Shown here: positions 50,601 through 63,349 of the stretch, in pieces | Numbering within the stretch: the stretch's first letter is position 1 | Layout of the letters: each line of letters opens with the position of its first letter | DNA from: Macrostomum hystrix | Taxonomy: Eukaryota; Animalia; Platyhelminthes | Assembly: GCA_950097015.1 (NCBI GenBank) | Contig: CATNEN010000003.1 | Location: forward strand, 806,001-870,000 | Direction of reading: 5' to 3' | Length of the DNA: 64,000 nt | Notes under the pieces: model-generated | The model's database searches: none | Told to the model about the DNA's origin: nothing | What the model saw: only the letters and a program-made list of their open reading frames with translations | Program-made: the position numbers and the translations under genes

Positions 50601-53600
50601 GAGAGGGTATGGTTTGGGATGGGTGTAGGATAGGGAGAGGGTATGGTTTGGGATGTGTGTAGAATGGGGAGAGGGTATGGTTTGGGATGGGTGTAGGATA
50701 GGGAGAGGGTATGGTGGGATGGGTGTAGGATAGGGAAAGGGTATGGTTTGGGATGGGTGTAGAATGGGGAGAGGGTATGGTTTGGAATGGTCGAAGGATG
50801 GGAAGAGGGTTTGCCTTGGGATCGGTGTAGGATAGGGAGAGGGTATGGTTTGGGATGGGTGTAGGATAGGGAGAGGCTATGGTTTGGGATGGGTGTAGGA
50901 TAGGAAGAGGGTATGGTTTGGGATGTGTGTAGAATGGGGAGAGGGTATGGTTTGGAATGGGTGAAGGATGGGGAGAGGGTTTGCCTTGGGATGGGTGTAG
51001 GATAGGGAGACGGTATGGTTTGGGATGGGTGTAGGATAGGGAGAGGGAATGGTTTGGGATGGGTAGGATAGGGAGAGGCTATGGTTTGGGATGGGTGTAG
51101 GATAGGGAGAGGGTATGGTTTGGGATGGGTGTAGGATAGGGAGAGGGAATGGTTTGGGATGGGGTAGGATAGGGAGAGGGTATGGTTTGGGATGGGTGTA
51201 GGATAGGGAGAGGCTATGGTTTGGGATGGGGTAGGATAGGGAGAGGCTATGGTTTGGGATGGGGTAGGATAGGGAGAGGCTATGGTTTGGGATGGGTGTA
51301 GGATAGGGAGAGGGTATGGTTTGGGATGGGGTAGGATAGGGAGAGGGTATGGTTTGGGATGGGGTAGGATAGGGAGAGGCTATGGTTTGGGATGGGGTAG
51401 GATAGGGAGAGGCTATGGTTTGGGATGGGGTAGGATAGGGAGAGGCTATGGTTTGGGATGGGGTAGGATAGGGAGAGGGTACGGTTTGGGATGGGGTAGG
51501 ATAGGGAGAGGCTATGGTTTGGGATGGGTGTAGGATAGGAAGAGGGTATGGTTTGGGATGTGTGTAGAATGGGGAGAGGGTATGGTTTGGAATGGGTGAA
51601 GGATGGGGAGAGGGTTTGCCTTGGGATGGGTGTAGGATAGGGAGAGGCTATGGTTTGGGATGGGTGTAGGATAGGGAGAGGGTATGGTTTGGGATGGGTG
51701 TAGGATAGGGAGAGGGAATGGTTTGGGATGGGGTAGGATAGGGAGAGGGTATGGTTTGGGATGGGTGTAGGATAGGGAGAGGGAATGGTTTGGGATGGGG
51801 TAGGATAGGGAGAGGGTATGGTTTGGGATGGGTGTAGGATAGGGAGAGGCTATGGTTTGGGATGGGGTAGGATAGGGAGAGGCTATGGTTTGGGATGGGG
51901 TAGGATAGGGAGAGGCTATGGTTTGGGATGGGTGTAGGATAGGGAGAGGGTATGGTTTGGGATGGGGTAGGATAGGGAGAGGCTATAGTTTGGGATGCGT
52001 GTAGGATAGGGAGAGGGAATGGTTTGGGATGGGTGTAGGATAGGGAGAGGGTATGGTTTGGGATGGGGTAGGATAGGGAGAGGCTATGGTTTGGGATGGG
52101 TGTAGGATAGGGAGAGGGTATGGTTTGGGATGGGTGTAGGATAGGGAGAGGGAATGGTTTGGGATGGGGTAGGATAGGGAGAGGGTATGGTTTGGGATGG
52201 GTGTAGGATAGGGAGAGGCTATGGTTTGGGATGGGTGTAGGATAGGGAGAGGCTATGGTTTGGGATGGGGTAGGATAGGGAGAGGCTATGGTTTGGGATG
52301 GGTGTAGGATAGGGAGAGGCTATGGTTTGGGATGCGTGTAGGATAGGGAGAGGGAATGGTTTGGGATGGGGTAGGATAGGGAGAGGCTATGGTTTCGGAT
52401 GGGTGTAGGATAGGGAGAGGGTTTGGGATGGGTGTAGGATAGGGAGAGGGAATGGTTTGGGATGGGTGTAGGATAGGGAGAGGCTATGGTTTGGGATGGG
52501 TGTAGGATAGGGAGAGGCTATGGTTTGGGATGGGTGTAGGATAGGGAGAGGCTATGGTTTGGGATGCGTGTAGGATAGGGAGAGGGAATGGTTTGGGATG
52601 GGGTAGGATAGGGAGAGGCTATGGTTTGGGATGGGTGTAGGATAGGGAGAGGGTATGGTGGGATGGGTGTAGGATAGGGAGAGGGTATGGTGGGATGGGT
52701 GTAGGATAGGGAAAGGGTTTGGTTTGGGATGGGTGTAGGATAGGGAGAGGGTATGGTTTGGGATGGGTGTAGGATAGGAAGAGGGTATGGTTTGGGATGT
52801 GTGTAGAATGGGGAGAGGGTATGGTTTGGAATGGGTGAAGGATGGGGAGAGGGTTTGCCTTGGGATGGGTGTAGGATAGGGAGACGGTATGGTTTGGGAT
52901 GGGTGTAGGATAGGGAGAGGGAATGGTTTGGGATGGGTAGGATAGGGAGAGGCTATGGTTTGGGATGGGTGTAGGATAGGGAGAGGGTATGGTTTGGGAT
53001 GGGTGTAGGATAGGGAGAGGGAATGGTTTGGGATGGGGTAGGATAGGGAGAGGGTATGGTTTGGGATGGGTGTAGGATAGGGAGAGGCTATGGTTTGGGA
53101 TGGGGTAGGATAGGGAGAGGCTATGGTTTGGGATGGGGTAGGATAGGGAGAGGCTATGGTTTGGGATGGGTGTAGGATAGGGAGAGGGTATGGTTTGGGA
53201 TGGGGTAGGATAGGGAGAGGGTATGGTTTGGGATGGGGTAGGATAGGGAGAGGCTATGGTTTGGGATGGGGTAGGATAGGGAGAGGCTATGGTTTGGGAT
53301 GGGGTAGGATAGGGAGAGGCTATGGTTTGGGATGGGGTAGGATAGGGAGAGGCTATGGTTTGGGATGGGGTAGGATAGGGAGAGGGTATGGTTTGGGATG
53401 GGGTAGGATAGGGAGAGGGAATGGTTTGGGATGGGTGTAGGATAGGGAGAGGGAATGGTTTGGGATGGGGTAGGATAGGGAGAGGGTATGGTTTGGGATG
53501 GGTGTAGGATAGGGAGAGGCTATGGTTTGGGATGGGGTAGGATAGGGAGAGGCTATGGTTTGGGATGGGGTAGGATAGGGAGAGGCTATGGTTTGGGATG

Positions 53601-56600
53601 GGGTAGGATAGGGAGAGGCTATGGTTTGGGATGGGTGTAGGATAGGAAGAGGGTATGATTTGGGATGTGTGTAGAATGGGGAGAGGGTATGGTTTGGAAT
53701 GGGTGAAGGATGGGGAGAGGGTTTGCCTTGGGATGGGTGTAGGATAGGGAGAGGCTATGGTTTGGGATGGGTGTAGGATAGGGAGAGGGTATGGTTTGGG
53801 ATGGGTGTAGGATAGGGAGAGGGAATGGTTTGGGATGGGGTAGGATAGGGAGAGGGTATGGTTTGGGATGGGTGTAGGATAGGGAGAGGGAATGGTTTGG
53901 GATGGGGTAGGATAGGGAGAGGGTATGGTTTGGGATGGGTGTAGGATAGGGAGAGGCTATGGTTTGGGATGGGGTAGGATAGGGAGAGGCTATGGTTTGG
54001 GATGGGGTAGGATAGGGAGAGGCTATGGTTTGGGATGGGTGTAGGATAGGGAGAGGGTATGGTTTGGGATGGGGTAGGATAGGGAGAGGCTATAGTTTGG
54101 GATGCGTGTAGGATAGGGAGAGGGAATGGTTTGGGATGGGTGTAGGATAGGGAGAGGGTATGGTTTGGGATGGGGTAGGATAGGGAGAGGCTATGGTTTG
54201 GGATGGGTGTAGGATAGGGAGAGGGTATGGTTTGGGATGGGTGTAGGATAGGGAGAGGGAATGGTTTGGGATGGGGTAGGATAGGGAGAGGGTATGGTTT
54301 GGGATGGGTGTAGGATAGGGAGAGGCTATGGTTTGGGATGGGTGTAGGATAGGGAGAGGCTATGGTTTGGGATGGGGTAGGATAGGGAGAGGCTATGGTT
54401 TGGGATGGGTGTAGGATAGGGAGAGGCTATGGTTTGGGATGCGTGTAGGATAGGGAGAGGGAATGGTTTGGGATGGGGTAGGATAGGGAGAGGCTATGGT
54501 TTCGGATGGGTGTAGGATAGGGAGAGGGTTTGGGATGGGTGTAGGATAGGGAGAGGGAATGGTTTGGGATGGGTGTAGGATAGGGAGAGGCTATGGTTTG
54601 GGATGGGTGTAGGATAGGGAGAGGCTATGGTTTGGGATGGGTGTAGGATAGGGAGAGGCTATGGTTTGGGATGCGTGTAGGATAGGGAGAGGGAATGGTT
54701 TGGGATGGGGTAGGATAGGGAGAGGCTATGGTTTGGGATGGGTGTAGGATAGGGAGAGGGTATGGTGGGATGGGTGTAGGATAGGGAGAGGGTATGGTGG
54801 GATGGGTGTAGGATAGGGAAAGGGTTTGGTTTGGGATGGGTGTAGGATATGGAGAGGGTATGGTTTGGGATGGGTGTAGGATAGGGAGAGGGTATGGTTT
54901 GGGATGGGTGTAGGATAGGGAGAGGGTATGGTGGGATGGGTGTAGGATAGGGAGAGGGTATGGTGGGATGGGTGTAGGATAGGGAAAGGGTTTGGTTTGG
55001 GATGGGTGTAGGATATGGAGAGGGTATGGTTTGGGATGGGTGTAGGATAGGGAGAGGGTATGGTTTGGGGTGGGTGTAGGATAGGAAGAGGATATGGTTT
55101 GGGATGTTTGTAGGATGCTAGGGAGAATGGCGGAAATAGGAATTATGCCATTGAAAAGCTTAACTATGGAATTTACCTTTAGGCTGCTGCATTATTTTCC
55201 ACAACTGCTCCTCTTCCGCACAATGAGCATTGTTACAATTGGTCGACTTTCTGCATTCTGTGCCATCAAAACAGCTTTCACACAGCCTGGGTCCTGACTC
55301 TCTTACTCGTGACCCGTCAGGCTGCAGCCTAGCGGGCAGTTGCTTTGTACCCGCGTACACAACGCGGACGCAACTCGTGTCGTGCTCACTTGCGGGCAGC
55401 TCGCGGCGGAGAATCAGCGGCAGTTCTGACACGGCTGTGCGGTTCTCCTTCAGAAACCTGTTATAGGAGAACTTTCCTATACGTTCCTGCTCCCAGAGCC
55501 AGTACTCCACTTCTCCGTGGGCGAACGGACAATCCGAGCGTCGGCATCCGTTGTAGCTCATTATGTCGCTGTACTTATTGCACATCCTCAGCTTAACTAG
55601 CTTCCTTGATCTGGGTCTGACCCGCTTCCACGTGCCAGCTAGTTCAGCTGCCCGCTGGTTCTTTTTTCGGACAAGGAGAATCCACTGCTCGCAGTTTGCA
55701 CACGCGTCTTCCTTTACACTGGATGTGCTGAGCAGGGGATCCGCAAAAGAGCAGCACTCATAGCAAGCCAGGCGCCATTCGTAATTCGGTTTTAGGACAT
55801 CGGATTTGGTTGCTACGTCCACTGGAGGGTACTGAAAAGAATTGGTTGGCTATGTGAAGTTTGGTTGCAGTTATTGATTACTTGCTAGTCATTTACTTTA
55901 AACGCTGCTCGTATTTTCAAATAACTGCATTAGATTTGATTAAAATGCATTGATTTTTTTCCAAAAAAGACTATAATCCTCACTGTATAATTTCGTAGCA
56001 CCAGTCTTGCTTCCTCCGCAAACTCGGCAGCAAAATGTGCCATCTGTACCAAGTGAGCTGGGCCCTTATCTTTAAAATTGTCTTTGATTCTTTTATTAAT
56101 GTCATCTAAACTTTTTTGTGCATTGTGCTTATCGCGGTTGATTACTGCGCACCAAATCTTGTGCCAACTGCCTTGATGCTTCAGCATGATCTCTTCCCGT
56201 TCGATCATCCACCTGCAAGCGCTCTCATCAGGTCGAAATGCGACTGGGAATGGTGCGGTGAACATCCCCACAAAGGTATCCTTGCACCTCTTCACCTTCA
56301 AAGTCAAATCTCTCAGTGTACCATAGTCGACGAATTTGTTGTTGTGATTACTGTCTGCATTAGGTCCTGGTGGAATATTCTGATTCAACATCGAAATGAA
56401 CGTCAAGAAGCGATACCTTATATTAAATGTTTTGAAGATTTCCTGTAAGTCAATGACACTTTTTTTAACTGTATCGGTCTCTTCCGACTTCCGACTTCCG
56501 ATCAATTGCAACATTTCGGAAAAGTATTTGCAGCATTCTTCCATTTCGCTTTTGGCTGCTGAAGATGGTTTTATAATTGAATCCGACCTAGCAAGTAATT

Positions 56601-58986
56601 TGCTAGAGGCTTCACTTATTTCTTTTACTAAGCTGTCGACCACTATTTCTGTTCCAGTCCAGTTCTTTCGCACGGCTTGCTCTATATCGTTTATTGTGAG
56701 CTGCATATCATCAGAAGAGCTAGATAAATACGAGTATGTGTATGCAAAGGGATAGTATTTTGGCGCCTTTTTATAGATAGGAATACGCTTTTCAGTCGAT
56801 TCCTTCAGGGCATCGGACACCAGCTCATTCCAGACAGCGTCAAGCACTTTGCGAGACTCTTCCAGAGTGTGCCAAATGTTCGATGGTGAATGGGTTATTT
56901 GTTCCTGGACAGACAGATAGCGAAGAGACTGTTCCGCCATGCTTAGTCGATAATTCCTTGGATAGAGGTCCGTGCACAGCATTTTTTCAACTTTCTGGAG
57001 CATCTCGACCACTTGCTCGTTTCTACACGCGACCGATGTGTGACGCCGTTCGACATAAAAGCCATTCTCTTTAAGTCGAAGCAAACGGGCGCAGAATTCA
57101 TAGACGCATGTGCTGTGCAGGAACAAGTGGTCCGCCTTCGACACGTGGGCTCTGTTGCTCTGATTTCGAATGTCCTTCAGCAGCAGCAGTGCTTCATGTA
57201 CGGAGTCCTTGCAGCCGAGTGACGCGCACTCGTTCAGCAGGTGCAGCCGCATTCCGATGCTGCTTGTGAACACTGATTTCACGGGATCCGCTTGCATCCT
57301 GACTAGCTTTTCCTTGCACACCTCGCTGACGGGATCTCCGCTCGACAAGCTCTCCGCCTGGCACAGCAGAGAGTCAGCGATCATTGCAGTTCTGTGGTGC
57401 ACTGACTCAGGCAGTGAGCGAAACAGCTGCTCAGCCTCTTCGAATCTCGACTTTCGCATCATCAGCCGACCGAGGTGCTCGTTGATAAAGTTGCTCTGCT
57501 CATCGGATAGAGCATTTTGTTTAAGAAGTTTCTCGAACTTTTCGATTGAGTCTTTCACGTGAAAAGTCGAAGCATCAGTCTTGAACTGACTCTCTAGCCA
57601 GATGGAATACATTTCAGCGTTAATTCGCTCCAGCTGTTCTTCTGTTCTACTGTTAATTAGCTTTTTTACTTTGTCGTCACTGAAAACTGTCGGCAGCGGG
57701 TGAAGGTAGTCGTTCATGGCCCACGTGAGGCACCTCATTCCATCGTCAATCAAGCCAGCCCAGATCAGAAAGCTGCCTTTCTCAAATCTTGAACGTGGAG
57801 CTCTAGAAGGAAAATTCGAGCAGAGAGATTCGAATCGGGCCAAAAATGAGTTCCGCATTTCTTCTGACAACTGCTCGGCGTTGTCAGGCTTCTCTAGAAG
57901 GATTAGGCGCAACTCGAACCAGAATTCTTCTTTCAAGGCGGGCACCTCGGTTCTTATTTTGAGCATATAATCTTTTGCAGCACTTTTATCTTCCGTTTGT
58001 AGAATGAAATAGATCTTTTGGCGAATGAAATTAGGGTGCTTTTTGCACCTGTCCAGACGACTAGCTTCATCCAGATAGTTCTCTATAGCTCTTTTGTCAT
58101 CACTGTTTCCACGAACTTTTTGATGCTGCAAGAGTGCACTCACCAAACTAACGACCAAATCCCTGTGCTTTTCGGATACTTCGGGTACTTTCGGATACTC
58201 TCGGATATAACTGAAGCCATCTTTTGCTTCCTTTATTAGCTCCTCAAATAATTCAAGATTGTCTGCAGCTGGAGTGATTGCCAATGCGAATTGAGCAGAG
58301 AAAAGAGGCTGTTTCCAGTTGTTCTGTTTTAAAATGCTCCTTGCAGCTTCCCACAGCTCCAGTTCTTGACTACAGATTCGATAAGTGTCGTTCCTTTGAC
58401 GAAATAATGTAAAGGCCAGTTCGTATCGACACAGAAAGTCTGCCGCTTTCGGTCTGTCCTTTTCGTGACATTCGTCAAAGATGCGTCGCGCTTCGTTCAA
58501 GGCCGCCTCGCACTCTCTGAAAACAGCCTCTCGATTTGGCTCGATGGCGAACCAGTGCATTGTCCAGCCTTTCACAGCCCAAACAGTTGCTCGCTTGGAT
58601 TTGTCTTTCCACAGCTCTGACAGGTGTTTGAGCTGCAGTGTGTACTTGTTTGGAAGTCCAGGAAATGACTGTAGCATGGCAAGCCGGAGCTCCATCGCCT
58701 TGATTAAAAACTCGATGTCCAGTTGCGGTTGATCATCATGTTCTGATTGTTGTGTCTCAGTAATGGACTTTAGCAAATCGTTGGCTTGATTTAAATCGCA
58801 GCGCCCAGGTAAAGTGTGCAGGTGAGCCATGCTTAATAGACACAGTCCTCTCAGCCAAGGTATGTTGTCCGCTTGCCACCGAAGATCATCTAGAATCTTG
58901 GAAACCTTGCTGCTGTCACAATTCAGCGATGGAAGCCACTTCGAGTGACATTCTACGGCATCAAAGCTTTTGAAGCATTCGTTCAA
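44694..58986 (-). CDS. IFIT-like TPR / HEPN-like / CCCH zinc-finger protein, copy B; exons 58986-55984, 55831-55177, 44899-44694 (~1287 aa)
   Basis: Inverted paralog of copy A, with ~38 amino-acid differences counted by eye in the 1018-aa ORF. Same splice sites as copy A but only one complete zinc-finger exon; the terminal exon DTWPIALRS...NLFEVLP is homologous to 41271-41443. The codon matching copy A's ATG is TTG, so the true start is uncertain. Confidence 0.75.
44990..46142. repeat. G-rich 34-bp satellite and related variants, interrupted by a duplicated unique intron segment (45200-45335)
   Basis: Reverse complement of the copy A intron satellite; the ggcatcgtttaggatggg variant is amplified at 45630-46130. 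Confidence 0.9.
46620..55120. repeat. 8.5-kb G-rich 33/34-bp satellite (gggtatggtttgggatgggtgtaggatagggaga)n in copy B intron 2, with a ~2.1-kb higher-order repeat
   Basis: About 250 units; the diagnostic variant tttcggatggg recurs at ~50250, ~52394 and ~54500. Confidence 0.97.
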
Positions 58987-59189
58987 GTTGCTTATTGCTG
59001 AGTGCAGTCGTTTTGCCCTTGTTGTAGTTGAATCTGAGGCCAGATAACTAAAAATGGATCAAACGGAAACCATGGTTTGCCTAAGGCGAAAGGCGAATAC
59101 ATAAAAACATTTTTAATGTCTTTGTTGTGAACTTTCCGGTTTTTTATGTTTACATATTTTCAATAGTCTGGTTCATTACGTAATAGGGG

Positions 59190-59332
59190 AGAAAATGGTC
59201 TTAGTCAAATGGTTAGAGACTCAGGGTTAAGACTTAAAGGTCTGGTACCCGTCTGACTCCACTGGAAAATGTGTCCTTTAGACATGCACTTAACTCAGCA
59301 TGTCAAGCAGCCGAATTCCAGCATTAGCAGTT
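59190..59332 (+). mobile_element. SINE family 2, degenerate head
   Basis: tagtcaaatggttagagactcaggg..gacttaaaggtc...ctgactccactgg...gtcctttag...cacttaactcagcat matches the 62380 copy. Confidence 0.55.
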
Positions 59333-59567
59333 ACTCGTATTCTGATTCGTAAAATAATAATTTGATCCCATTTCGAGTATGTTGAAATTCTATTAAAATT
59401 GGCGTGTGGGGGCGAAGCGACCGCAAATGATCATTTAAATTTTTTATCATCGATTTCTAAGATGAACTATTAAATGACTTGAAGATAATATTTTACGAGT
59501 ATTATTTTATTATAAACCATTGATTACGGTACTATGTCTTTGGTTACGAGATTTTTCAATTTCTTTA

Positions 59568-59722
59568 AGGGATTTACGACTATTTTCAGTTCATTTTCGA
59601 TTCCTCTGTTCGTTGTGGACCTTGGACCTAAACCCGGAGATTTTTCAGCTTCTTTCAGGGATTTACGACTATTTTCAGTTCATTTTCGATTCCTCTGTTC
59701 GTTGTGGACCTTGGACCTACAC
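59568..59722. repeat. Direct duplication of a ~65-bp segment (period ~89 bp)
   Basis: agggatttacgactattttcagttcattttcgattcctctgttcgttgtggaccttggaccta occurs twice. Confidence 0.8.
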
Positions 59723-59919
59723 CCAGAAATTTTTCTACGATTTATATGAAACTTTGCATATATCCCCCACTTGCCCTGGGCGAATGTCTATGATATCAGT
59801 GTAAATTTCATTTATTTGCATCGGTGCAGATAAACGGTTTATTTCACTCGACCATAGACATCGAATCTTTTTTTAAAAATTGTCTCCACGTTATTAAGTG
59901 CGGGGGCTCTGCCCTTATA

Positions 59920-60080
59920 CCCCTGGGTATGCATGAACTGAGTTAAGTGTCTGGCTGGATGACACAAATTGTTCCAGTATAGTCAGGAATCTAATCCCGA
60001 ACCTTTTAAGTCGTGAATAAGGCGCTTTTAACACTAAGCTGAAACCACTTACTAGGCTTCAATCGCCTAGTTAAAGTTGT
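59920..60080 (-). mobile_element. SINE family 2 head, reverse orientation
   Basis: gcatgaactgagtta.gtgtct.gct..atg.cacaaatt...tagtcaggaatc.aa.cc..acctt..aagtcgtgaat..ggcgctt..acactaagctgaaacc, near-identical to 62215-62360. Confidence 0.7.
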
Positions 60081-61334
60081 CTAAAAATGGTTGCTGATCA
60101 GTATTATCACACGAGATTTGTTGTTCGCTCCTTGAAGTGTTTGATAAAATTTTTAATCCCAATCCAGGTCACAAGCATGTGTCTGGATGTTGCATGTTAT
60201 AAAATGCAGAGACTTACCCAATGAGTAGAACAGATGAGATCCGCACTAAGTGCTTAGAATACTGGAAAATATGGGAGCTTCGAGTAAATTCAACGAATCG
60301 TTCGCAAGGAAGCTCACAAAGGCAAAACTTTAGAAAATTTTCGCCTTATTTAGAAATATACAGCAGTCACCCGCTTGCGGAGAGGTGGACCGAGTCAGCT
60401 GGTTTTACAGTGCTCGCGCCAAATAAGCAACTTTGAAGACTGCTGAAACAATTGGGCTTTGAAAAGCTAATCAATAATTCCACGTGGAAGTCCACCCAGG
60501 CTAGGTTTTTACTTGGCGGATCAACAGTGGAACTATCATGGGGGAAGGATTCCTTCCCCATAACCATTTTTTTCGCTGCACCCGAATGGAGTAACGCAAG
60601 CCCACCAAACTCAAGAACACGGACCAAATTTTTGTTCTTTTGTTTTGTTTTTTTGTAGTTGAATTTAGCTTGTAGAAACGGCCAGAAAGGGCCGGCTGAC
60701 GATATATTTGATAGAATCAATGGTTAGAATGACACAGCTTTGGCTCGACGCGAAGGTGAAAATTGGAGGTGGGCTAAAGCCGCAGGGTTCTCGTTAAAGA
60801 AAGTGAACGCGCGCTTAAACGATGTACGCGCGTTGTACATATTCAAAGTACGTCTATGAGTTGGAGGCATGCACATGCCCAAACAACCGAACAGGGGTAG
60901 AAAATGAAGTTAGGGTTAGTAGAAGATACGACATGAAAATAATGATTTTGCACTTTTCCGCCACACTCCCCCAGTGACCTCAAAAACCTAGGTCACGCGA
61001 GGTCACTGACACGGGGAAAAGTGAAAACTCGAAAAGATAGAAAGATCGTACTGTACGGAAAAATGATTCTGAATTAGTCCTGCAAAAGCAGTTACAACAC
61101 AGAAATTTAATTTGAGGCATAGGACAGAGAACTGAAGCAAGCTGAGGAACTTTATTAAATCACAATTTATTAAATCAATATTATTCGGCCGAAAAAAATG
61201 TACCAGAAAGCAACCCTGAGTTGAGACCTACTCTATCCTCGTTTAGACAAGAAAAGCGTAAGCTTTCATATACTCGTATGTTATCTAAATGTTTTGATAT
61301 GTATGTTTTGACATGATAAAGATATTTTCCGCAC

Positions 61335-61855
61335 CATCACGCCACTAGCACTGCGGTCCAATCACCGGCTCCTTGTCTGCGATCTCAATCTACACGATCC
61401 GCTCTACCGACCACCAAAGCGGCCACCGCGGCGCTACTACCGCGCTCTCAAGGACGCTGACACACGTCGCCGCTTTATGCTAGCACTTGCATTCACCACC
61501 GCACTGCTGGGCGGCAAATGTGGAAGCGCTGATTACACGGAAGTCAGTGCTGCAGTTCGAGCCGCGGCAGAGCAAGCGGTTCCGGTGATGCGACCGGCCC
61601 AATGTGGGCAGCCGGTCTGGCAGTTCGACCCCAAAATTCGGCAAGCGAGGGAGGAGCTGGAGGGGCTCTATCTGAGCAGGCCGGCGGCCTACCCGTGAGG
61701 CGGAGGAAGCCCTGGCAGCGGTCTACCTGAAGCGACAGCAAGCTGCTGTGGATGACGCAATCAGCGCTGTATCTGCCGCTGGGCCCGACCCTATCCTAAT
61801 CTTCGTAGATTTCAGGAAGGCCTTCGATTCGGCCATGAGGGTCGTCCTTCCTCCG
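61335..61855 (+). mobile_element. Non-LTR retrotransposon (LINE) ORF2 remnant with a large internal deletion
   Basis: GC-rich island in AT-rich DNA; 61793-61831 translates ILIFVDFRKAFDS, a conserved non-LTR RT motif. The preceding frameshifted sequence resembles the endonuclease-RT linker. Confidence 0.7.
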
Positions 61856-62174
61856 CTCTCATGTACCTTCTCCTGCCCTTCTCCTCTTCTCTTGAAAATT
61901 TGCAGATTTTTGACGTTTGAATAAAAAAAATTTGCGAAGGAAGAAAAGGTGGATTCTGTTCATCTTAGTGACATTAATTCAAAGTTGTCAGGACACTAAT
62001 TTACACTCATGGATGTGCGAATGAAGGAAAATAAAACACAGACACACAATCGATTCGGCTATGGTTAAAATAGATGTGCATGGTCATGTGGTCACTTCTG
62101 TTCATTTGAGTGGATTGAATCATAGCCTTCACGAAAATAATGTACCGTCTTTGTGTAGACTGTACAAAAACTAA

Positions 62175-62360
62175 CTTAATTTACCCAAGCTGATGCTGGT
62201 ACCCATTTAACAGCTGCATGAACTGAGTTAGGTGTCTTGCTAAATGGCACAAATTGCTAGTGTAGTCAGGAATCGAACCCCCAACCTTTCAAGTCGTGAA
62301 TCCGGCGCTTTAAGCACTAAGCTGAAACCCCTTACTAGGCTACAATAGCCTAACTAAAGT
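62175..62360 (-). mobile_element. SINE family 2, reverse orientation
   Basis: Contains ggaatcgaacccccaacctttcaagtcgtgaatccggcgcttt, the reverse complement of the tRNA-like head. Confidence 0.75.
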
Positions 62361-62377
62361 TTTCTTTTAATAAAAGG

Positions 62378-62652
62378 ATATTGTAGCCCATTGTCTAGGA
62401 CTCACGACTTGAAGGTCGGCGGTTCGCCTCCTGACTCCACTAAGACAGTTTTGTCCTTTAGCAAGACACTTAACTCTGCATTGCTTCAGCTCACCCAGCT
62501 GTTAAATGGGTATACCAGCATTAGCTGGTGTAATTGAGGTGGCTGCATGTGTGGCGTTCCCCAGTCCATGGACTGAATAGCCGTACGCAGCGCCACGCAA
62601 TAGCTTCAGCTGTGCGTTCGGCTGCACATCTCGCTCAATTAGGCAGGTGAAA
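62378..62652 (+). mobile_element. SINE family 2, near full length
   Basis: ggactcacgacttgaaggtcggcggttcg head plus a body colinear with 43612-43905. Confidence 0.8.
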
Positions 62653-63349
62653 TTCGATATTATGATTCCAATTTTTTGAAAACTTTTTTTCTCTTTAACT
62701 TTTATTGTAGAATACTTTAATTTTCATTGTCTTTTTTAAACTCATGTACTAATCCATCATTCCATTATGTAGAATAATAGTATTTTAAAACTAAATAACG
62801 TTGAATTTTTTATTTTTTATTATTCTAGATTTGAATCTATATCTAACACCGTCATACGGGTAGGTTTACACTTAGTCGATTAACTTTACGCACAATATTA
62901 CTACGAGTAACAAATCAAAAGTAGTGTTGCATCTTCAAAACTTTTGAAACGGTTTTGACTTTGCGGTAAGGAACCACAAATAAAAAAGCTCATCTGAAAT
63001 CTGCTGCGCATGGAGTTGTACATCAGCCTGGCATATTTAATGTAAGCATATTAACTTTTTTTTAACTTTGCCTACTGTAAGAACCACATAATCTCTAACA
63101 AGGCTTAATCATCTTTTCAGCGTAATCCCTTTTCGCTTCTCGTACTCCTGGGTGATCATTAAATTAGTGAAAAGCTACATCTAACCTACAGCACGGCAGT
63201 CGGGTACTCAAATGCTGCTCAGAAAGTGCGACCATGCCCAAAAAATCGCCTAGCAAATGCCGTCACCCACATCAAAGCCTTCCATTTGTAAATAGAAAAA
63301 AATATCACAAGACCGGACTTGACCAATCGAAATCTCGACCAATAAACCG

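Noticed and set aside
46620-55120. Telomeric or interstitial telomere repeat
   Set aside because: G-rich, but the unit is 33-34 bp and is not a TTAGGG-type array; it lies within an intron.
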